From positions 643,309-707,308 of the forward strand of contig CAJINV010000015.1 of NCBI GenBank assembly GCA_905178155.1: a stretch of DNA of 64,000 bases. The letters are read 5' to 3'. The position numbers were made by a program, and so were the translations under genes. This document shows, piece by piece, positions 24,101 to 36,100 of the stretch; positions within the stretch are counted from its first letter, which is position 1; each line of letters starts with the position of its first letter. The stretch comes from Amoebophrya sp. A120 (taxonomy: Eukaryota > Protista > Dinoflagellata). The notes below the pieces were generated by a model, which worked only from the letters and a program-made list of their open reading frames with translations, searched no databases and had not been told where the DNA came from.

Positions 24101-27100
24101 CAAGATTTGTCATGGGCCAATTGAAAACTGGGTTACAACTGGCATCCATTTTATGCATGGCAAATCATTTCAACTTTGTCGATTTCGATCCTGACACATC
24201 CATAGTGGTGTTTTTCACGACCAACTCCTTCCTGGTTTTCGCTTTGGAAGCTGAATTCGTATTCGATTCGACTTTTTCGCACGGTTTCCCAAACAGTTCT
24301 TCCAACCACGCCAGTTTGTCTTTCGTCACGTCGCACACGGTCACAAACTTGTCTTGGTACTCGACGTATGGATTGTAAAAGTGTCTGGGTCTGGAAAATT
24401 CCGGGACTTGTGATGCGTATTTTGTATGATCCATGATGCATGTAAATGCTAATGCATGATCTAGCATCACAGAACTTTAGAGGGCTTCCTGATGCCTATT
24501 CCGCATGAGAAGTAGCGCCCTCTCCGCGTGTTACAAACTGGACTCCTGTTGTTGGTCACGCAACATAGATTTTGGAACCCAAAGACAGCATGACAAGTTG
24601 CAATCTTTCAGACCCAGACATTTTTGCTATCCATACGACGTTTTCCATGATGGACTGTAGCAGAGCTTGGAGTTCCGGGTCGTGCTCTGGTGGTTCTGGA
24701 GCCAGCTTGTTCCCCGTGCTGTTGCTCTCGCCGGCTTTCTTCTTCGCTGCTGCTTTGCCCTTAGCGGGGGCTTCTCCTGCTTTGGTCACATTTTTTTCAC
24801 CAGCCTGTGTATCTTCTTCTTCACCAGCCCCAGCTGCTCCTGCGGCGGTCAGGGTTTTCGCATTCATCTGCTTTGTTTTTCCTCCGCTACCACTTTTCAT
24901 GATACCGCCCGACGCAGCTTCGTCCTCCTCCACGTCCATTTTGTCTCCTTTTTCAGTGCCTTCTTTTAAAATTGCAGGCAAATAATTTTGCTGGAAATTT
25001 TTATTCCGATGAGACCCACCCAGCGTGGAGGTCGTTCCCGCATTGATGTTCCTTTCGCCGGAAAGAAGTAGAATCCCTGATGTTGATGTTGAGTCGTTGT
25101 CGTTCTTCCGCAAAGTCGCGTCGAATTTTTGCAAAAAATCTTCCTTCGACTCCGGAATATCGCTCGAAACAATGTCCAAGCCGGACACCCGGAAAATGGA
25201 GTGGCAGTCTTGTTTCTCACCTTCTTTCTTCTCGTCGCCATACATGGTGTTGGAGCTGCAGTTTTCTTTCTCAAACGGCACAATCTGCAGATCGTTTACA
25301 TCGTAGTGCTCACACGTCTTTTCGTCAAAGATCTGTTTCTTCTCTCTCTTTATCAAATGCAAAAGTGTCTGGGTCTGGAAGATTGCCAGGTTTGTCATGT
25401 AATGATCCATGATGTCTGTGATGCTGCATGCTCTAGCATTACAGATTTTTCGATCGCTTTGTGATGACTCTACCGCATGACAAATGTCCTCTCCGCGTAG
25501 CACAAAGTGGAGTCCTCTTGCTGCTGGTCATGAAATACAAATCTTTTTAGAATTCAAAGACAGCATCACAAGTTTAGAATCTTCCAGACCCAGACATTTT
25601 TGCGTTTGATACTCTTTAGCTCCTCGACGAAACTCCTGTCGTAATTGCACTCCACCATGTCCCGTATCCTGGGTAAAAACTTCCCCACACCAGAGTCAAG
25701 ATGGGAAATCTGCTAGACAAATACCCAAGCTTTGGCTGTTGCGCATGACAAATTTGGGCTCGCAGTGTAGTGGTGATTAGCTAGTGCAGCACCATCACAG
25801 ATCTAGCATAGCATGCGGATTTGAGCATCACAAATCTCAAAACCCCAATAGGAACTCCCTCTCATGGGTCTCCGCATGAGAAACATTTTCAGCATGCAGA
25901 TTTGCATTACAACCCTGCGGTGGGGACGTTTTTGCTCAGGATATCCCGCTGCTTATCTTCCTCTTTCACTTTTTCTCTTTCCTTTTCCGCAAATTCTTTA
26001 TCGTAGTTGATCATATCCTTCGCGGGGACGGGGAGATACTTGTCCACTTCCCACTTGGAAACCATCAAATCCTATCAAGTGCAAATATGTCTGGGTCTGG
26101 AAGATTGCGAGGCTTGTCATGCATATTTGGAACGACCCATGACGCCTGTAATGCATAACATAGCATTACAGATTTTTAGAGGGCTTTCTGATGCCTTTTG
26201 CGCATGAGATACGCCCTCTCCGCGTAGCACAAACTGGACTCGTCCTCTTGCCTGTCATGCAGTACAGATTTTTTCAGAATCCAAAGGTAGCATCACAAAT
26301 TCCATTCCTTACAGACCCAGACATATTTGCAATGAATAGGTCCTTGTTGATCACAATTTTCTCGTCCTCCTCCGTTTCCCCCGGCACGACCAACTTCCCG
26401 CACTCGACAAACGCCCCGCGCTTCAGGTGCGCCTTCGAGATCCACCCGTCGGCCGTTTTCACCATGGGCACGGCCTGCATCATATCAAGCAAAAAAGTGT
26501 TAACGTTAGCATTGCATTCATGCATGACAAATTTTCGCTATCATGCATGCTATGCAATACAAATTTGAGCATTATTTCTCGTGTGTTCCTGCATGCCAAA
26601 TTCCGTTAACGTTAACACCTTTTGGTGTGATACATCAGAAAGGTCTTCCCCATCCCAAAGGAGGTTTTCAGCGGCTCACTCGGATCCCGCTTTGTTTGCC
26701 CGTCGTCGTCGTAAACCTCAACCTATGCATTGCAAAAGTATCCGCATCGCACTAGTATAAAATGCATTACAAATTTTCCCAATAAAAAAATTCAATGTGT
26801 CATGCTATTTCAGGTAGAAAGTTGGATTTGTCATGCATATCTGCAATTTGGTACGAGTACGATACTTTTGCACAGGATACAACCGCCCGGTTCGGGTGCC
26901 CGGGGTCCGGCGGCGGCAAATAGTCCATGTTGTAGCCCGGCTCTCCTGGTCCGGGCTGGAAAATGGACCCGTTCGGGACTAAGTTTTTGAATTCAATTAT
27001 GGACGAAGCGTCAGAATCGAAATTGATAAAGTTGAAAAATTTGTGATGCATGAAACCGATACCAGTTGGAAGCGCAATATCCAAGCGGCGCATGACAAAT

Positions 27101-30100
27101 TTTGGCACCATCGAAATCCAGTTTGTCATGCTGTTTAGAGAAAGCAGGCGTCTTTTGGCATGCTGCTTTGACAGCTCTATCGCAAACCCCGACAAGCAGG
27201 CCGCTCAGACAGTGGGGCTCGCTTGCCATCCCTGCAAGAGAGGCACTTCATGCCAATGCCTTGCAGTTTATGCATGAGAAATAATTTCAACTTTGTCGAT
27301 TTCAATCCTGACGCTTCCATATCAATCTTCATGTCCTGTTCCAAGTCGTTGTAGGCCATTCCCATGCGTTTCACCATCGTGTTATCCACACTAATTTTCC
27401 CGTACACGTACAAACGCGGTCTCTGCATGACAAAACTGGGCTTCGATCCTAGTTTAGCATGACAAGTGTTACACCCCAAGTTGGTGAAATTTGTGATGCA
27501 CTTTGTACATGTACGGAAAAATTTGTATTGCATACTTGTCGATGTCAAACGTTTCGCACCAGGGGTCCGGGTCCTCCTTGTTTTCGAAAACGAGGTGCTC
27601 GATGGCCTATCCTGTGTAAAAACTTCCCCACCCAAGAGTTGTCATGCAAATGCGCAATGACAGGAACATTTGTAATGCGCATCTCCATACTACTTAGGAG
27701 GCATTTCCAGTCGTGTTTCGGAATTTGTAATGCTGTAAACAGGATGCGGAAATGGCTTTCTCATGCGGCTTTACTTGCTAGCCAGCCCTATACTGCAGGT
27801 GGAAGCTTGTCATGCAGAACTCCCACAACTTGGGGATTTGTGTTGCAGACTTCCCATCTACTTGACTATGGTGTGGGGAGGTTTTTACATTGGATATGCC
27901 CATAATCCGCTTCATTTTGTTCGCGTCGTCGGTCAAAACTCTCTTCCCAGGCGGAAAATCGTAGTCGTTCCGCTGGAACTGGTGCGTTTCTTCCAATCGG
28001 TGCTTGAAGCGCTTATGCGTTGCAAATAAAGTACTAATATCGCACTCGTAGTAATTATCGCAACCATGCATGGCAAATTCTTTTCTCAATGCACATCCCC
28101 ATTACAAATTTCCTTTCTTATGCTGACGCTTTGTCATGCGATTTCTACTAGTAGTACAATCTATCATACTTTATTTGCAATTCATAACGCTGGTTGAACA
28201 GCATATTTCCGTCTTTCGACTCCCGGCACCCGTTCCCCGGTAGCAGCAGCGCCCCATTGTGGTAACTCTGCTGGATGAAGTTGTCCGTCAAGTCCCGTTT
28301 GATGATGAAAGGGTTGATTTCCTTCCGTGGGTAGTTGTACCGAAACAATTCCTCCCACTCGTCCCCGACGGAAGCCTCGGATAGTTCCGAGGAGTCCAGG
28401 GAACTTTCCTTCGCAAAAGACGACTCCGTACCCGTTTCCGAGCCCGAAGAGCAGGAAGAGGTTTCCGTAGGTTCGGAATCGAACGAGAGAGAAACCATCG
28501 AGTCGCTGTTCGGTGGTTCCGTCCTTACCCGGTGTGGTTTCGGGGGTTTCCGTTCGCGCTTTTCCACCTTCTCCGGTGCTGCCCCTTCTGGCGCTAATTT
28601 GTTCGGCGCTTCTTCTCTATTCGCCCCCATCGGATTGGGCTTTGCCTTCGCTACGCCTTTTTTCTGCATTTTCTTCCGCTGGTTCTTCCCATCTTCGTCC
28701 CCAGAATTGTCGTCTGACAGATCTTATGAACTGCAAAAGTATCGCACTCGTATAAATGCATTCCTCAGCATCATCATCATCATCATTGAGACGAACCCCC
28801 TGTGGTCGTCCTCACGGTGTCGTCTTGGCCCTAGGCTGTTTCGGACAGATGTTGGCTGTGTCCGGCAAGAGGACGGCTCTGCATGGGCAAATGTTGGCAA
28901 TGTCCAGCAAGAGCACTGCCGTGGCCCGTTTTCTGCCGGTTTTTCTTTTTGGCTTTCTCAGCATGAGAAATAATAATTTGTAATGCGGATTTACCTTAGC
29001 AAGAGAATGTGTAATGCATGATTGCAATTATACGAGTACGATACTTTTGCACAGGATAAATCTAAATCGAGCGAATCATCGGACCCGTCGGGGGAAGACT
29101 GGACCATTTTCCGCATCTTCTGCTTAGCCTTCGGCTTCTTGCTGGATTTGTCACCATCCTATCAAATGCAAACATGTCTGCTGGGTCTGGAAGATTCTGA
29201 GACTTGCTCATGCACGTTTTGCATGAGCCATTGTGTCTGTGATGTAAGCCCTAGGTAGCATCACAGATTTTTCGAGGGGTTATTTCTGCATATTCCGCAT
29301 GACAAATGCTCTCTCCGCATAGCACCAATTAGACTCCTTTTGCTGGTCATGCAATACAGATCTTCTTCGAATCCAAATGCAGCATCACAAGTTTACACCC
29401 TACTTCCAGATACAGACATGCTTGCATTCGATACATCCTCGTCGTCCTCGTCGCTCATCGAGGATTGCAACGGGGTGTCGTCTATCCTGTGCAAAAGTAT
29501 CGCACTCGTATTGCAATCACGCATTACAAATCTTTTTCTTGAGGCAGATCAGCATTACAAAATTTCTTCCTCATGCTGAGGAAATTTGTAATGCATTTAT
29601 ACGAGTACGATACTTTTGCAGTTCATATCGTTCTTCGTTTTTTTCTTCGCGGCGGGTTTTTTCTTCGGCTTCGCGTTGGAAGTCGAATCACCGTCGTCAC
29701 GGTCCAAAAACTCCCTTATCAAGTACAAAAACGTCGTCCCCAGTGCCCCAGACTTATCATGCAAATGCGCAATGACAAGAATGTTTGTAATGCGCAGCTC
29801 CATGAGAGGCATTTTCAGTCGTGTTTTGGAATTTGTAATGCTGTGCACAGGTTGACAAGATGACTTTCTCATGCAACTTTGCTTGCTAACCTCCAGCACT
29901 ACATTACAGAGGCGGTTTTGTCATGTGCAACTCCCAAAACTTGGCGACTTGTCTAGCAGATTTCCCATCTTGACTACGGGGCGGGGACGTTTTTCCTCGG
30001 GGTATCCCCGTCAAACATGTCATCATCCTCGTTCAGCTTCAACTTTCCGTTTTTTTTCGGCGCTTTCTTCAACCCTTTCGCTGAGACCGCCACCGCCGGC

Positions 30101-33100
30101 GCGACTTTTCCCTCCTCCTCGGAAAGACCGTCGTCGTTATCACCACCTTTTTCTTTTTTCGGCGGTGGTTTAGTACCTCGCTTTTGATGTTCCTTCTTCA
30201 GCTTCGCCACGCGCTCCTGTTTCTTCGCGTACCCTCCGCAAAGCTTCAAGTGTTCTCGTCGCTTTTTTTTATTTTTCAGTTGCTTGTTCATCAAATTGTC
30301 TTTGTCATCTTCTTGAAAGTGCAACTTTTTCCCGACTGCCTTCTGGAATTCTTTCAATTTTTTGAAATTTTCCGAGTTGTGGTGGTGGCCTGCTGCTGCT
30401 GCTGCGTCGTCATCGGAGGAGAAATCCGTTTCGATTTCCGAAGAGTCAAAGCTGAGGGAGGAACTGTTATCCGAGTACCCCTTCGGCTCCTCTCGCCACC
30501 GCCCGACCTGTTCCTTATCGGAATCTTCTTCCGAAGAGTACTCGATCATTCCCGTCATGTCAATGTTGTTTTGCCAGTTTTTCTATGAACTGCAAAAGTA
30601 TCGCACTGGTAGTAATTGCAGTCATGCAATCCTTTTCTTTGGGTAAATCCGCATTGCAAATTTCTTATTTTTTATTTCTTATGCTGAGAAAATTTGTAAT
30701 GCATTTATACGAGTACGATACTTTTGCAATGCATATTTTCTTGTGTTTCGCCATGATCGACTGGTAGACGCGCTCGGGTTCTTCTTTTTTGTCCGCGATA
30801 GAGAAGTATGAAGTGCAAAAATGTCTGGGTCTGGAAGATTCTGAGACTTGTCATGTGTTAGGCAAGATATGAAATCCACCAGGATCATAAGCCAAGCAAA
30901 TTCCCTACGACCTAAATTGAATGCTCATTGAAATCAGGCTCTAAATTTGTCGTTCAAATTTGGATCCAATGTGAAATCAGCATGTTCATACAAATGAACC
31001 AAAAATGAAGTTCATTCTAAACCCACTCTGTAAGCTAGTGATGATCAACGATGGTTGATCGGATTTCTCATAAATTTAGGGTGATTAGAACAAATTTGAA
31101 CTTTCATGTTTACCCCCTTGACTGAGACGTCAGAAATTGTGTGTTGTTTGGAACCCTAAATTTTTCCCCACAGGCTGTGACGATAGTCACCATAGATTGA
31201 TTGCGACTAAGAAACACTGAATCCCACCTAGATTCTGTTTGACATGCAAGATGGCCAGTGTTCACACCGCCCGCGTTTCTTCGTCGTTGATTGTCTTCAC
31301 ACCGTGAAAATTCGGTTGACATCATGCACGTTTTGCATCGGCCATGATGTCTGTGATGCATGCCATAGCATCACAGACTTTTTACGTTAGAGAAAACTGT
31401 CCCCACTACCCCGGTTTTCCCCAAATCAAAAATTTTTTTATGAACTGACGCAACAACACGGCCACCGGCCGCGCAGTCCGCCCGGATAGTGTCCGCTAGT
31501 GGATCTTCTTCGCGGATACTTTCTGAGGCTGTTACGTATGCAATGAGGCAAGCGGGATAGCGGCGCGCAAAAGTCGGCGCATGAGCTGACGGGGCAACAA
31601 GCTTTGTGGATGTGTGTAGCTACTTCGGCCCCATCCGCGCGCGGGCTACTGCAACGCGGCCCCGCCACACTGGCCGCGCCCAACTTCTGAGGCTCCGGCC
31701 TCACCGTTTCCCTGGGGGTCGTGCGTGCGTACCTTTTCGGGAGGTTTCTGGTGCTCGTTTTGGTGGCCGAAAGTGCGTAGATAGCTGCTTAGGGCCGAAA
31801 TCCCCAGCATACGTTTTTTTTCTCGCCAGCGTGTCCGAACATGCACTCAGGGAAACGGTGCCGGCCAGCCTCAAGCGGAGAAGACAGGTCCGCGGCAAGG
31901 GGCATTGCGTTCAGCCTTAGGTGGCCGGGGGGCGGGTCTGGCATGGGCGCCTTGCCCAGGGCGTTGCCTCGCGGGCCCCGAGCTGCTTGCGCCCCAAAAA
32001 GCCGGGCAAGGCGTGCAGTGTCTTTGAGTCCAGCAACACACTTGGGGGAGCGGGCTCCGGTCTGGCCATTCGCGGCGCAGGTCGCTTGCGAAGGGCCCGC
32101 CCTGCTTACAATTGGATCGAAAAAAAAAAATTGTCTTTGGGGAAAACCGGGGTAGTGGGGACAGTTTTCCCTACCGTACTTTTTGAGGCCTTCGTGATAC
32201 CAATTCCGCATGACAAATGCCCTCTCCGCGTAGCCAAAATTGCATCCCCTTTGCTGGTCATGCAATACAGATTTTTTTGGAATCCAAATGCAGCATCAGA
32301 AATTCGGATTCTTCCAGACCCAGACATTTTTACATTTGATAAGAAGTCCGCTTCTTCCATGTACCGGTCTTGGTTTTTCACGCAATTTTTTATCACAAGA
32401 AAAACTGTTATACGTTAACGGTTTTCATCACAGATTGCAGTCATGCATCACAAACGTAGCCCAATCTGCATGCTATGCATGACAAATTTTTTAGCCACGT
32501 TTAGTGATGCATTGCTGCGTCACGAATTCCGTTTTTATCAACGTAGTTAGCACTTTCTTTATTTTCCTGTGATATCTTCCAACGCGTGCTGATACTTTTC
32601 CGCGGGCCGCTTGTAGTCTAAAAACGGGAGCATGGCCTTCGTGTTGTCGGTCAGCTGCGTCCATTTTTTGTAGAGTTCTTCCCTTTTCTGCTCTTCCTCC
32701 GCCCGTTCCTCGGCTGTCATGTGCTCGTAGATGAGACATTTCCACTTCGCGGATTATCAAAACGAAAACATGTCTGGGTCTGGAAACTTGTGATGCTAAT
32801 CCTAATTTATGAATTGATGTAGTGGGGACACTGCAATAGGCAGCCAGGCATGACAAGCTTCTGGGCTCCTTTGTGTTTCGCTTTCCGCATGACAAACTAC
32901 ATTTTTGCATGACAGGCAAGAGGCGCTTTTCCTGCTCACGCATTACAGGTTCGAGAATCACGTGGGACAAGCATGACAAACTTGCATTCTTCCTGACACA
33001 GACATATTTGCAGTTGATACAGCGTTGTACTCCGCAATTTTCTCCTCCTCCCGCATGTAATGCATTGCAAAAATATCATACTAGTCTAAACTGCATCACA

Positions 33101-36100
33101 AACAATTTTTGCAAGAGGAAAAGTGAAATTTGTAATGCTGATTTACCAGAGGTAGGAGATTTGCCATGCATGACTGCAATCAGTAAGTACGAGTATGACA
33201 CTTTTGCAGTGCATATACGTTCTTTTCAAACAGCACGTTCTCAATATCCTGTTCCTTCTCGTTTTCCCGCTGCTTCTCGACGAAAAAGTTGTGCTCGGAC
33301 CCAATTTGCTCGATTTTCAGCAGTTCGATCTGCAGCCAGACGCAGATGTTGAAGCAATACGAGGCGTGTCGCAAAGCCGCGAACTTCTCGTGATCCGGCA
33401 AAGCTTCATCCAACACCGTGCTCGGGTCGCCGTCACACGTGGCGGTCAACATCTGCCGCTGAAAATTCTCCCAAATCTCGTTTTCGCCGGTGATTTTCGA
33501 GAGATTTTGGGCGTGCGCGACATCGGCTTTCATCTTTTTGAAGGGGTTGTTGCTGTCAAAATCGTTTTCGTGGTTCATGAAGGCGAGCTTATGGAAAGAA
33601 AAAAGTTTGTCACAGTCACCAACTTGCAGGCTTTGCATTACAAATTTTTTTAGCATCACAAGTTTTCCTTGTATTGCAGAAACACTAGGGAAATCCCCTA
33701 TGAAGCTTGGCTGTCATGCATTTTTACGCATGGCAGCCAGTTTTGTATTGCAAAAATGCGCATGAGTGATCGTGACGACCTTTTTTTGTTTGCTAGAGCT
33801 GCTCGTTGTTGTATTGTTGCCGGAGGAATTCCCGCACCCGCTTGGCCTGAATCAGATTCTCCTTCTCCATATGGATGTGTCAGGTTTGAAATCGACAAAG
33901 TTGAAATGACTTGTAATGCATAAAATCGATACCAGTTGGAAGCCCAATTTCTAAGCGGTGCATGACAAATTTCGGCGCCGTATAAATCCAGTTTGTCATG
34001 CTGTTTAGGGACAGAAGGCGTCTTCTATCATGCTGCTTTACTAGCATCTCCGTCGCAGACCCACAACAGGCTGGCAGTCGGCTTCGCTTGCCATCCCTAC
34101 AAGAGAGGCACTTTATGCCTTGCATTTTATGCATGATAAATTATTTCGACTTTGACGATTTCAATCCTGACGCTTCCATACTCCACCATTCCCAAATACT
34201 CGCGGAACCGAGTCGCCTTCTCCTCGTTGCTGTACGTTTGCTGCCGTGGGTATCAACAGGAAATGATTTTTTTTTCCCGCGCACGTGGTTGTACACGTGC
34301 AGCCTCTGCATGACAAGACTTGCCTCCGAAGATGATCCTAGTCAGCGTGACAAGTGTAGTTCTTACATCTTCACGCTAGCCTGCTGGCGAGACAAATAAC
34401 TTGTGATGCATTTGCTTGTACGCGGGCGGGGAAATAGTATTAAAATTGGATTTTTGCATAGCTGGCCGTCCTGCCGGCCCCTTAGCTCCGGGACGGGTTC
34501 CGGGACATCGGCCATGACGATCGTGTCGACCTTTTTCAGCAAATCCTCCGTGAGGTCTTCTTCTTCCCATCTTTTGTATTCTTCATCCGTATCGGGGTCT
34601 TCGGATTCCTTCCCTTCCCAAGAATACTCCGACATCTCTTCCGTCTCTATCCTGAGTAAAAGCGCCCCCACCTCATAGCCCAGATGGGAAATCTGCAAGA
34701 CAAATCAACAAGCTTTCGCTGTTGCGCACGACAAGCTTGGCCTCGACGTCGCACGAGCGTAATGCTGTTTAGCTACTTCAAGAGCATCACAGAGCTAGCA
34801 TATCATGCTTATTGGAGCATGACAAATTCCGAAACACGACGAGAAAACGCTTCTCATGGGGCTCCGCATGAGAAACATTTTCAGCGTGCAAAGTTGCACG
34901 ACAACTACGGGGCGGGAGTGTTTTTACTCAGGATAGTCTCCTTCAAATATTGACACTCCCGCTCAAAATCCTCGAACAGCCGCCGCTCGATTTCGTGGCG
35001 GCGCGGTTGCACCGGTATGCATTGCAAAAGTATCGCAGTATCAATTCCAATTGCAGTCATGCATTACAAATCTCGTTCCCAAGGCAAATCAGCATGACTA
35101 ATTGCATTTCTCATGCTGAGCGAATTTGTATTGCAATTACTACTAGCAGGATACTTTTGCAGTTCATAACCGGCTTTAAAGGTTCGGTCAGCGCTTTCTG
35201 CATCACTTTCTCCTTCAAATTCAGGTATTTGTACTTCTCGAAGATATGGAAGCGTCAGGTTTGAAATCGTCAAAGTTGAAATAATTTGTAATGCATAAAA
35301 TGCGATACAGAAAGTGACTCTATTGCAGAGGACCCACGGAAGGCAGATTACAGCCCTGGCAAGGGTCAAAAGTTGGACTGCTAACTAGCATGACAGAAGG
35401 CAGCTCTTTTGCCCTACACCGCATGACAGACTCGCTTTCAGGACCGGGAAAATTTGTCATGCACCGACTACAAACTGTAGGTCTAACTGGTATCCGTTTT
35501 ATGCATGACAAACTATTCCAACTTTGACGATTTCAAACCTGACACATCCATAGAAGAGGTACAGGTCTTTGTCGCTCTCGATCTGCTTCAAACAAACCGC
35601 TTGCTGCTCTTCTGTGGTGTAGTTTTCGTTGTTTTTCTATGCAAGACAAATTTATTCCCGCACATGCACAAAATGCATGACAAACTTCGCTACCACATTG
35701 GGGTGTCAAACTTGTCATGCTGACTAAGATTGAAGGCAAGTTTTGTCATGCAGGAACAGCACTTGTAACACTGTGCGGGAACTTTACTGTGGGTATTTTT
35801 CCAAACACGTCGATGTTGGTCTGGGCCAGGATCTATCCTGTGCAAAAGTATCGCACTCGTAGTTGTAATTGCAGTCATGCATTACAAATCTTTGTCTTAA
35901 GGTAAATCCACATTACAAACTTTATTTCTCATGCTGAGGAAATTTATAATGCAATCTTTTTTTTTTTTCTAAACTCTTCGCGCTTGGCTTTTCTTTTCTT
36001 TTGTTCTTTTTCTTTTTGATTTTCTTTTTTTTTTTTTGATTTTCTTTTTTATTTTTTTGATTTTCTTCGTTTTGGATTTTCTTTTTTTTTGATTTTCTTT

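Larger units (their letters stand above)
30807..32341. mobile_element. Introner family B expanded to 1.5 kb by two nested insertions
   Basis: Family B TIRs at both ends, TSD AGAAG; family B body resumes at 31322 and at 32179. Confidence 0.9.

Noticed and set aside
31438-32418. GC-rich ORFs in the nested TIR element as a possible transposase
   Set aside because: They are short, overlap on both strands and show no DDE or DNA-binding motif.
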